From the NCBI GenBank assembly GCA_002269645.1, contig NIVC01000102.1:577950-641949 (forward strand): 64,000 nucleotides of DNA, written 5' to 3'. How positions within the stretch are numbered: position 1 is the first letter of the stretch; each line of letters starts with the position of its first letter. The position numbers were made by a program, and so were the translations under genes. Of this stretch, positions 1-10,720 are shown piece after piece. The notes beneath the pieces are model-generated. The model was not told where the DNA came from. It ran no database searches and worked only from the letters and a program-made list of their open reading frames with translations. The stretch comes from Macrostomum lignano (taxonomy: Eukaryota).

Positions 1-1
1 G

Positions 2-331
2 TGCGAGTCAGAGAGCGGTCTGGTCATCATGGCCGACGTGACCAGTGAGCAGGAGATGAGCCATGTGGACTCGATCTACTCGAACTACAGCTCTGGACAG
101 TCGATCTGGCTCGGAGGCCTCCAGCCAGCAGGCAGTGCGGAGCCTCTGGGCGGCTGGTATTGGGTCAACTGCAACACCACCGTTGACCCAACTCTGTGGA
201 ATGCTCATCAACTAAATGCTGCTCTGGAGAATGTGATTGCAAGGTACTGAAAGGATGCCGGACTCTCTGACCTGCACGAATCTTTTGCAAGCGAGACAGT
301 GCTGTGCGAGTGCGTCTCTCCGTTCAACTGA
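2..331 (+). pseudogene. C-type lectin domain, 3' part (runs in from upstream of the window), with in-frame TGA at 248-250
   Basis: Frame reads CESESGLVIMADVTSEQEM...IWLGG...WYWVNC...ENVIARY*KDAGLSDLHESFASETVLCECVSPFN*. The residues after the TGA align with the C-terminus of the paralog at 5272-5955 (VLCECLSPFA). Confidence 0.75.
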
Positions 332-1239
332 TTGCAGAGAATTGACAACTGGTTGAAAGAATCTAAGCAGCTTTTTAGGATTTGACAGAGCTGTGTACCG
401 TTTAGTGTGTACTGCTGTGTGATGTGAAGCATAATGGCTACTGTTTTTTTTCCGGTAAACATGCAGAACTTTTTTCATGATCGTGAAGTTGCTCAGTTGC
501 AGGCCCAGGCCCGTAGGGGACCGTGTTCGTATTTGTCGAATGGCTGTCGCACTTATAGAAACGCTCATAGTATGCTCTCGAGAGATGTGGGTTTTTCTAG
601 TTGCGAGTAAGAATTTTAATATATTAAGCAGCTACATGTGCAATGTCCAATATGCAATTACGTTATTCCTATTTGTTTACTTCTTGGATAAGAAGCCACT
701 TGAAAACCATTAATTTTCGGAAGTCCCGCGCTATCAAATGAATTGCACTAAGAATCAATATGACTTGGCGATATTGTCCCTTAACCCCAGTACCGAAGCA
801 ATTCTGCCCACGCTAACTGTACACAGGGTGTACAGCGGCCCTAAGTTTCTAAACGTCAGGCATGTGTACACTTTCTGTGCCTTGGGGGTGTTGGCCCTCA
901 TGGCTGTGAACTTTCCTGCACACGAGCCCCAAATGAACTGCCGAACCAGCTGCATGGAGTCGTGGCGCGAGGGTCAGACGCTTGCACCGTTGAACTGCTC
1001 TCTGGTCCCGGATGAAATGACTCAGTTAGTGTCAGATATGCACACAGATCGCATGCAGCTGCTATAATTCAAGCTTCTTTAATGTACTACATGTCTAAAT
1101 AGTACGAAAAGGTGAAATTAAATAAATAAATAAATTATTTGTTGAAAGCCATCATTCTGGCGAAGGCTTCACTTGTCATCAAATGAGTGACTGCATACGC
1201 ACTTTACTCTGATAGCCATGGCAAATGTACTTTGCTTGA

Positions 1240-1556
1240 GATTGTATAGTCTAGTGGTCAGAGCGTCGGACTTACGACTTGAAGGTCGGGGGTTCGATTC
1301 TCGATCCATTTAGGAACAACTTGTGTCCTTGAGCAAAACATTAAACTCTGCATTGCTTCAGTTCACCAAGCTGTAAAATGGGTGCCAGTATTAGCTGGGG
1401 TAATTGAGGGTGTTGTGTGTGGCCATCCCCCCCCAGTCCTTGGACTGAACAGCCTTACGCAGCCTTCAGATGCTTCGCACATAGCTGCGGCTGAGCTGTC
1501 GATTGCACATCTGGCCATTAGGGCAGGTATACTCAATTACTATTATTATTATTATT
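1240..1556 (+). mobile_element. tRNA-derived SINE with CORE-like central domain
   Basis: A box TAGTCTAGTGG at 1247-1257 and B box GGTTCGATTC at 1291-1300. Segment 1321-1383 (TGTGTCCTTGAGCAAAACATTAAACTC...CTTCAGTT...CTGTAAAATGGG) resembles the MIR/CORE consensus. (TTA)n tail at about 1537-1556. Confidence 0.75.
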
Positions 1557-1968
1557 GAGATAGGATTGGCAAAAAAACAGAATATAAAAGTCGTTTGTAA
1601 AATGCTAACTTGAATCGATTTTTCGTCTACATGCAGCTGCAGCTCATGTTGTCGCCTTTCAAACCTTAGCGGAGCTCAAATCTCCTTTACTTCTCCCAAA
1701 TCCAGCTTTATGAATACAAATTATCTTCTAACGCTTTTGTTTTTTTCCCAAAATAGAAAGGACTCAGATGTGTGTGCAATCCAGTAGCCCTTAGGCAAAA
1801 ATGGATACCAAATTAACCCTGTCAGATAAGAAATCCAACAACCATTATGTTTAAAGACAGAATTTCCAGTCAGAGAAAGACAGAGAAAGAATTATGACCT
1901 TTATCTCGAAGGAATGAAACAGGGGGAGGGATTCTTTGCTGGAGCAAAAACCTGAGAATCGGATGTTA

Positions 1969-2199
1969 TACGCTCCAGGAGAGGCGCTGTGTCCGTCTGG
2001 CTACGGCATGCACCTGTGCGGAGTGAAGTACAGACTGTACTCTGGCATCGGGACGTGGTGGCCGAGCGGGCAGAAGTGTGAGTCAGATTGCGGTCTGGTC
2101 ATCATGGCCGACGTGACCAGCGAGCAGGAGATGAGCCACATGGACGCCATCTACTCAACCTACAGCTCTGGACAGTCGATCTGGCTCGGAGGCCAGTAA
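1969..2199 (+). pseudogene. Truncated C-type lectin paralog fragment
   Basis: 1987-2065 differs at about 2 positions from 5588-5666, and 2077-2194 closely matches 1-118. There is no signal peptide or PAN domain upstream, and it stops right after the WLGG motif. Confidence 0.8.
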
Positions 2200-2395
2200 A
2201 CTTTGTAAACTTCTCGCAAATTTCCGGGTTGACATTCATTTCTAAAGCAAGAAAAAAGAAAGCGACTCACACGAATTATGAGAGTCAATATCAGTGTAAA
2301 GCAGAATAGCCAATGAGATCGTAAGTCAATGCAAGAACTGCTTGTTTTAATACTAGTCCAGTGTCTACAAACTGTGACTGCAGGCAGACAGGCGT

Positions 2396-2462
2396 AGAAC
2401 ACTTTTGCTGCTCGACCCCATCGAAAATGTCCGGGACTTCTTAAAGCTAAAAGTTTCAAGGG
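2396..2462 (+). mobile_element. Possible degraded Tc1/mariner transposase remnant
   Basis: Peptide LDPIENVRDFLKLKV resembles the Tc1/IS630 motif LNPIENxWxxLKxxV. The preceding WPxxSPD is missing and no TIRs are seen. Confidence 0.2.
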
Positions 2463-2955
2463 TTCATCAATCGGCTGGTGATTCGGACGCCACGAATGAC
2501 GGCACTTTTGAATGCTTGTGCTTCCTAACGACGTTACTTTAAGCGACATAAAAGACATTGCTTGACTTTAGTTCCGCGTCATAGCGATAGCCAGTCATAA
2601 TTATCACAGCTAATCATTATCATAATTATTAATTAATTATCAGAAGACGCAGAATTGAATTGCTCGAACAGCTATAACTGCCAGATTTCGTAAGTTTCGT
2701 ATATATTTACCCTCGTAGTATTAAAATATTTAGGGCCTTTCGGCAACAGGACAGGTCAGTATTAATAAAATGGATAGCTACACAAATTTTTGATAGGTGG
2801 AACAAAAGACAAACAATGAGCCAACTAAAAGCATCAACAGCATGGGTTTTTTTTTACTTTTCTTCGCAGAGTCGGTTGTTGGGTTGAATTCGATTTTAGT
2901 TCAACAGTTAAACAGCGGTGTTGTCAGTTCAATCGTTGAACTCGTGACGAACAGC

Positions 2956-4170
2956 TCAGCAAGCTGAACCCAAGGCTTGAAAGTCCTCAGCCGTCATGGA
3001 TACGGGAGCAAAGGCAAAGCAGAGAATTCTTCCCTCAAAAGCGACAGAATCCCTGGTGCCCTGCGATCCCAGCCAGATCTCAGTGTACTCGGCATCAATA
3101 TTCAGCTCGTAGTTGGTCCGCGTTGAAACAGAAAAGGCTGTGCCATTGTGGACAACGGTGTGAGCTCCAGAAGCACTGCTGTAGCTCAGGCCCATGTAGA
3201 ACTTCTTCAAAGGCACCAGAGGCAATGAAGTATCCGTGAGGAACCCAGTTAGACGGGTAAACAAGTTGGCGAATTTCACTTTCCTGCCCGAGAAGTAGGC
3301 GAACGCGCAGAACGGCGTGTTGCTTCCCCAGACGTCACCACCCGCCACAGATAGATCATTTCGGAAGGAACTCTTGGCTATCCATCGATGCTAAAGAAAA
3401 CTGAGTACTTTTTGTTGGGAGAGACAAAAGCTTGAAATCCTGGAGATTGCAGCGGGATTTTCACGAACGAATCGAACCGACCCGGAAGCGCCGCGCCCGA
3501 CAAGTTGCGCGCGGCGGCGCCGACGAACTGCACCGGTGCCGATGTCGAGAAGCCGGATCCGACGCTGCCGCCGAGGTTCCGGTCGGAGACGCGGAAGTCG
3601 AAGAAAGCAGACATTCGAGCAGCAAACGGCCAGCCCGAGGCTCCGGATGCGTTGCGTCTCAGCAGCGTCGCCACGCAGTCACCTCGAGTCGCCGTCACAG
3701 CAGCCTCGGTCTCGCTGGCGGGTTGCGGCAGCTCAGGGGTCACGTGACACAGACGGGCAGCGAACCGGAACTGAGTGACCGCGCAGACGGTCGGTCGGAG
3801 AGCGCAGTCCAGGGCGCAAGACTGCAGGTCGGCGACGCCGTTGATGAGCTGCGCGTTCGGCAGTCGAATCTGCCGCTGCCGATCCGAATCCGGCACGCAG
3901 GCTTCGCTATGCAGGGGCTGCTGGGACAGCCGGTCGCGTCTGCGGCTCCGCTGGCAGCCGTCAGCAACATCAACTCGCAGTTCACCTCTGCGAAGTTTCC
4001 CACGCGCAATCGCATCCGCTACATCTTCTTGGTATCGTTTCTTTCGTCACGAAGGGTCATACATAGAACTTTTTCCAGTTTTTTTATTCCACGAGGTCAA
4101 ACGCTGACGCTGGCGGACAGAATGCAGCGGCGCCAAGAGCAGCAAGTGGAGCAGGAGCGCGCGATGGACT
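2956..4170 (-). pseudogene. Secreted PAN/apple + LamG (concanavalin-like) domain gene, frameshifted
   Basis: ORF 3378-3896 has PAN-type Cys spacing (SCALDCALRPTVCAVTQFRFAARLCHV) followed by FDSFVKIP...KYSVFF. The LamG-like part continues in another frame (2956-3390: WIAKSS...IWLGS...FEGRILCFAF). A signal-like stretch RALLLHLLLLAPL lies at 4122-4166, separated by a stop at 4047-4049. Confidence 0.55.
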
Positions 4171-5271
4171 TCGGAGATCTGGTTCACATCGGAACCCCTG
4201 TTACAGCTGCCCTCAGACCAACGGTCAGCTTGGACTTCCTTCAGAATGTCCGCATAGTAACGGCCGCGGACGGCCAAACTATGGATCTCCACTTGGTGGT
4301 CGCTGTTCGTCCATGGGTTTCAGAGGATCTCAGGGAAGGGGCCCTCCTGTTGTCTCAAGCTGAGTCTGACGTTCCGGGGCAGAAAAGTCAATGCATAGTG
4401 TAAATCTATTGTTAGCCGGTCGTCCATAGAGACCTACTGCGTTGGGTACCGCCGATACAAACAGCGCACAAGTGACGATTGGCAGTGACCCATGACCCCT
4501 CTGGTTGCATGGCTGGTTTTTCTGTTGGTCTTTCTAAGTAAAATGCTAATAATAATTTAATCTATAAAGTAACAATATACGAGCGTAGAGGGATATGTTG
4601 TGAATAGCTACTCTTTTTAATTCCTTCCTTGCAATGGCAACTTTGTATCAGTCTTGAAAATACTTCATTCTTGGCATGGCATTGCTGTTCGTGTGCTGCG
4701 CTCCCACGTCACATCTCTCCCTCCCTCACTCTCTTACACTTCATACTTTATGCAGACAATTTTTTCTTGAGTAATATGTTATCTACGGAATTAAATATCT
4801 CCTGCTCTATTTCCCCCCAGGTTGGTTAAGTTAGAATACTTTTGCAAAATGATTGGCAGAAGACAAATGTCTGAAGTGTCTTAACTGACAATAAAATGCT
4901 TAAATAAAATATATGCTTTGCTTCCTAAGTCCTAAGCCGTTGTCTGGGAGAACAGACATCTGCTTTCTGAGACTTGAGGTGGTTGGAAAAGAATGGCGAA
5001 AGCTGACAACTGCAGTATACGTCAATAATTTCTAAATGGATGCCCTGCAGCTGATAAAAATTGACTGGCTAAGCAGCTGTTGGCAACAACTAACATCGAT
5101 TTCATTGTTGCAGAGCTAATCAAGACAGGGAGATACTCATAGAAAAGAAACTTAAAATTTAGCGTTCCAAGGAAGAGACTCCCCTAAGGAGGCCAAATTT
5201 TGAGAGCTGCAACTCGCATAAAAGCAGCTGCCTCTGTGAATTTTAGCACCGTAGTTTCTTAAGCATTGACG

Positions 5272-5955
5272 ATGAGCATCAATCTCCTGACGATGTTCTT
5301 GGCTCTGGGCCTCACGCTCGGCAGTGACAACCAGCAGCTGTATGTTCTCATCAACGGATATCTCTGCATCAACGGCGAGTTTGTTGAGACCTACTCAAGC
5401 GTGCTGAACAAAGTCGGGTGCGCCGCTCTGTGCGCCCAAAACCAGCGTTGTCAGGCGTTCAGCCTGGCTGACGGTCCGTGCCAGCTGTTCGTGTTCGACA
5501 AGTGCAGCAAGTCGGTGAGGAGCTGCGGCTGCTCCAGGAGAGGCCGAGTGTTTGTCAAGCAGCGGCCGGGACTCGAGGCGGGCGCTCTGTGTCCGTCTGG
5601 CTACGGCATGCACCTGTGCGGAGTGAAGTACAGGCTGTACTCTGGTATCGGGACGTGGTGGCCGAGAAGACAGCAGACAGAAATGAACTCCATCTACTCG
5701 AACTACAGCTCTGGACAATCGATCTGGCTCGGAGGCCGCCAGCCAGCAGGCAGTGCGGAGCCTCTGGGCGGCTGGTACTGGGTCGGCTGCAACACCAGCG
5801 TTGGCAGCTTCTGGGCCCCTGGCGAGCCTAATGACTACGGTGGTGGTGACAATGCAATTGGAAAATATCTCAATTTAAAGGGTCTCACGGATATCTGGGA
5901 CGCATACAATGAAGTTTCCAATGTTCTGTGCGAGTGCCTGTCACCTTTCGCTTGA
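5272..5955 (+). CDS. Secreted PAN/apple + C-type lectin protein (227 aa, single exon), CTL domain with internal deletion
   Basis: Signal peptide MSINLLTMFLALGLTLGS, PAN-like CAALCAQNQRCQAFSLADGPCQLF, then CTL motifs IWLGG, WYW, WAPGEPND and C-terminal LCEC. Confidence 0.8.
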   Translation: MSINLLTMFLALGLTLGSDNQQLYVLINGYLCINGEFVETYSSVLNKVGCAALCAQNQRCQAFSLADGPCQLFVFDKCSKSVRSCGCSRRGRVFVKQRPGLEAGALCPSGYGMHLCGVKYRLYSGIGTWWPRRQQTEMNSIYSNYSSGQSIWLGGRQPAGSAEPLGGWYWVGCNTSVGSFWAPGEPNDYGGGDNAIGKYLNLKGLTDIWDAYNEVSNVLCECLSPFA

Positions 5956-6566
5956 TTCTGAGATACAACAAAACCGTGAATTTCAGAAACTGCATCATCT
6001 GTGGATTACTGACGTGGAAAATGCGTTCTGCTTTGCAAAAGAACCAAAATTTAGCTACGGTATGCTTTAGAATATTTAATCCTTATCTGATAGTGTATAT
6101 GAAATCTTCTTGGCAACATTTACTTCTATTCGTTTTATTAGCAAACCTGTTTTATAATATTCGACCGTACTTTTTAGCGAATAGCCTTAATTATTATTTC
6201 AAGATGGCCTCTAAATTTTTTATTATACATTTACATCTAGCTAGCTACTCATATTATTTTTATTGAGTTGCACAAGCTGAATATGACCGGTCGATGAGTC
6301 TATTGAAAGCTGCTACATGATTACAGTCTGTTATGATAACAGCTTTGAACAAATACAAAATTTCCTGGCTCGTTTCATTAAAAAAGTAAAGAATTACATA
6401 AAACATCACTGTAAGTAATTTCATTTGATTCGCTTAAACAGATTTAAATGTATTTATTTTTTCGCTATAAACTGCCAAACCGCTCAACCAAATGAAACCA
6501 AATTTTGCAAAAATTAAAGGAATTAAATTGAGGGAAAAATTAAAGAAACTTTTGTTTACGGCAACC

Positions 6567-7682
6567 CCTCTCCCAGCCGGCTGAACCAACCTCCTTTCCC
6601 AGCCATTCTGCACCAAACCCCTTCCCCAGCCATTCTGCACCAACCCCCTTCCCCAGCCATTCTGCACCAACCCCCTTCCCCAGCCATTCTGCACCAACCC
6701 CCTTCCCCAGCCATTCTGCACCAATCCCCTTCCCCAGCCATTCTGCACCAACCAACCCCTTCCCCAGCCATTCTGCACCAACCAACCCCCTTTCCCAGCC
6801 ATTCTGCACCAACCCCTTTCCCCAGCCATTCTGCACCAACCCTCTTCCCCAGCCATTCTGCACCAACCAATCCCCTTCCCCAGTCATTCTGCACCAACCC
6901 CCTTCCCCAGCCATTCTGCACCAACTCCCCTCCCCAGCCATTCTGCACCAACCAACCCCCTTCCCCAGCCATTCTGCACCAACCCCCTTCCCCAGTCATT
7001 TTACGCCAACCCCTTTCCCCAGCCATTCTGCACCAACCCCCTTCCCCAGCCATTCTGCACCAACCAACCCCCTTCCCCAGCCATTCTGCACCAACCAACC
7101 CCCTTCCCCAGCCATTTTGCACCAACCCCCTTCCCCAGTCATTCTACACCAACCCCCTTCCCCAGCCATTCTGCACCAACCCCCTTCCCCAGCCATTCTG
7201 CACCAACCAACCCCCTTCCCCAGCCATTCTGCACCAACCAACCCCCTTCCCCAGCCATTCTGCACCAACCCCCTTCCCCAGTCATTCTACACCAACCCCC
7301 TTCCCCAGCCATTCTGCACCAACCCCCCTTCCCCAGCCGTCTTTACCAAACACCTCCCCTAGCGGTCTTCACCAAACCCCTCCCCAGCCGTCTGCACCAA
7401 ACCCCTCCCCAGCCGTCTGCACCAAACCCCTCCCCAGCGGTCTTTACCAAACCCCTTCCCAGCTGTCTGCACCAAACCCCTCCCCAGCCATTCTGCACCA
7501 AACCCCTCCCCAGCGGTCTTCACCAAACCCTTCCCCAGCCGTCTGCACCAAACCCCTCCCCAGCGGTCTTCACCAAACCCCTCCCCAGCCATTCTGCACC
7601 AAACCCCTCCCCAGCCATTCTGCACCAAACCAATCCCCAGCCGTCTGCACCAAACCCTTCCCCAGCGGTCTGCACTAACCCA
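6567..7682. repeat. Minisatellite, ~27-bp unit CCCAGCCATTCTGCACCAACCCCCTTC with 31-bp variants
   Basis: AGCCATT recurs at 6601, 6628 and 6655. Same family as 11238-12451. Confidence 0.95.
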
Positions 7683-8409
7683 TTTGTCCTTTGAAACTTC
7701 ACAATAAACTTCATCGAAACATCATTTTACCCTGAGGATAGGATACCATCCAAAGCAGTAAAATATTACCTCCCAAGGCCTGCTCAAGCAACTTACTAGA
7801 GTTAGGTAAACGCCCAGTCTCATAATAAGTAGCTAAAACTGACAAGTTTTCCACACGGGGCTCACAGCAAGTTTATCGATTTCACATGCCAGAATAATAG
7901 CTACAAATGAAAAGAATTTTCCGTCAAAGGAAGGAACTGTGTCCCTGGAGCTTAACCAGAAGGGATTGCTATTGCGACTTTGCTAGCAGTTCAGAGTTTC
8001 GGTGCAGTAAATAGGAACTGTCTTTGTCTTAAACTTTCATTCTTTTGTGATGTTAAGGAAGCAAGTTCTACCCGAGTGGCTTGGTAACGGAAATCTTCAA
8101 GCAGGAAGTCGGTGCAGTCAACTACCGGTTCATTGTTTGCGGGTGGCCCGAATGAGTTTTGAGAGAAGCAACACAGCTTCTTAGCCTCATGCATCAGCTA
8201 TAATTTCGCACGCAGTAATTAAGGTACTGAATACTTCGATTCCACTGAATCTGTACTCAAATGCGTACGAAGTTTCCATCAGTGAGATTCAAAGTTGCAT
8301 TGCCGCTGAGTTACAAGTACGTCAATTTTATCAATTTATATGCAAAGATTTCTTAAATACCATTTGATTTGCATTGCCATCAATTTCTTTTCTGGGTTTT
8401 TAAAATGTA

Positions 8410-8747
8410 CAGAGGGAGGCGCCAGCTACAGAGGGAGGGGGCGCCAGCTACAGAAGGAAGAGGCGCCAGCTACAGAGGGAGGGGGCGCCAGCTACAGAGG
8501 GAGGGGGCGCCAGCTACAGAGGGAGGGGGCGCCAGCTACAGAGGGAGGGGGCGCCAGCTACAGAGGGAGGGGGCGCCAGCTACAGAAGGAAAGAGGGGCG
8601 CCAGCTACAGAGGGAGGGGGCGCCAGCTACAGTGGGTGGGGGCGCCAGCTACAGAGGGAGGGGGCGCCAGCTACAGAGGGAGGGGGCGCCAGCTACAGAA
8701 GGAAAGAGGGGCGCCAGCTACAGAGGGAGGGGGCGCCAGCTGCAGAG
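8410..8747. repeat. 22-bp minisatellite GGGGGCGCCAGCTACAGAGGGA
   Basis: Period of 22 (GCGCC at 8463, 8485, 8507). Confidence 0.95.
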
Positions 8748-9496
8748 ATATGTAGAATTTAATCAGATTCAAATCAAGCCCGAAGTCTGTCCAACAATGT
8801 CAAAATGAAATTTTAAACTTCAGAAAGAAACAAATGGGATCAACAACTAATTGGCAGAAGAAACACAGATCTTGAAAACAGATTGCAAAGGTGTTTATTC
8901 CAGCATACCATGTTAAAAAAATAAGATAAACTAATTTAATCAGGAAATAAAATTAGCTAATCTACTACGACAAAGCTTTCACCACAGTCAAAAGTACATT
9001 TAATAAAAAAATCTGTTCTGTCCAATTGTCAAACGCATTGCAAAAAAATCAAAGCACAATCTGCTACCAATTACCAAGGCAGGTAAGTCAAGATTTCACC
9101 AGAGAAAAGACAAATAAATTTTAGACAATTTCAGTCAATTTTTCACTAAATATGACATTTAGCTACTTATACTACTACAGCATTCTAAGTAAACAGTAAG
9201 GACAAAAGTTCAACAGATCTGTGCAACAATGTCTTCTAAAATGTAGATCAAAAGAACTAAGAAGGCAGTTTTAATTCAGCACTCCTAGGAACAATTTCAA
9301 TGTTAAATAGCAAAATTTAAGACACTAATGCAGATTAGACTGAGTAGATTAAGACTAATTAAAGCAGTCCTAGTATTAAAAATCAATAATTCAAAACCTA
9401 ATCAAAGCCTTATTCCATAGTTTTGATACCTACTAGATTATACTATTAAATAAATACAAACTTATACCGTAAAACTAAGTGCTTAATGACTCCTGG

Positions 9497-9950
9497 GAGT
9501 GGGGTGGGTCTGAAGAAAGCGTACAAAGGGGTGAGGAATGGAGGGGTGGGTCTGAAGAAAGCGTACAAAGGGGTGAGGAATGGAGGGGTGGGTCTGAAGA
9601 AAGCGTACAAAGGGGTGAGGAATGGAGGGGTGGGTCTGGAGAAAGCGTACAAAGGGGTGAGGAATGGAGGGGTGGGTCTGAAGAAAGCGTACAAAGGGGT
9701 GAGGAATGGAGGGGTGGGTCTGAAGAAAGCGTACAAAGGGGTGAGGAATGGAGGGGTGGGTCTGGAGAAAGCGTACAAAGGGATGAGGATGGGAGGGGTG
9801 GGTCTGGAGAAAGCGTACAAATGGGTGAGGAATGGAGGGGTGGGTCTGGAGAAAGCGTACAAATGGGTGAGGAATGGAGGGGTGGGTCTAGAGAAAGCGT
9901 ACGAAGGGGCGAGGAAAGTAAAGGTGGCTCTGAAAGATGCGTACAAAGAG
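9497..9950. repeat. 42-bp minisatellite (GTGGGTCTGAAGAAAGCGTACAAAGGGGTGAGGAATGGAGGG)
   Basis: About 11 tandem copies. The overlapping ORFs have a 14-aa period. Confidence 0.95.
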
Positions 9951-10345
9951 GTGTGTATTGGAATAGAGGCATAAAAGTAAAGGAACCAACTATTTTTGCT
10001 AAATCGATTACAATTATGTCTATATTGTATTTAGGACATTGCATAGAAAGGAAAATGCCATTATAAATTGTAAGAAGTGCATTAAGAGATCGGAATAAAA
10101 ATAATAAAAACGATTGGCAAAGCCAATAAAGTAAGTAATTAAAATCGCCCAAAATCACATTATTTGAAACAATTTGTGAATACAGACAGATGCCAAACAA
10201 GAGCCTAAGGGGGCTTTTGGCAGACACTAACAGGTGAGCAAGTTGAAGAAGAATAATTAGCACGGCCCAACCTCGTCGCGTGTTTATTATTTTGGCTCTA
10301 AATTCCAACAACCAAGGATATCGAAAGGATAGAGATATTGAACTA

Positions 10346-10681
<336 letters not shown>

Positions 10682-10720
10682 CAGTCAGATTCTAGACACA
10701 AAGCAAGTCCCAAATCCCCA

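Noticed and set aside
1247-1310. tRNA gene
   Set aside because: A and B boxes are present but there is no acceptor stem or cloverleaf, and it continues into a CORE-like domain and (TTA)n tail, so it is a SINE head.
3432-4403. 323-aa plus-strand ORF
   Set aside because: It has no recognisable motif and is the antisense shadow of the GC-rich PAN/LamG sequence. A short real ORF at 4122-4403 cannot be excluded but is unsupported.
1-5955. Diversity-generating retroelement acting on the C-type lectin fold
   Set aside because: There is no reverse transcriptase or template repeat, and the differences between copies are not adenine-specific.
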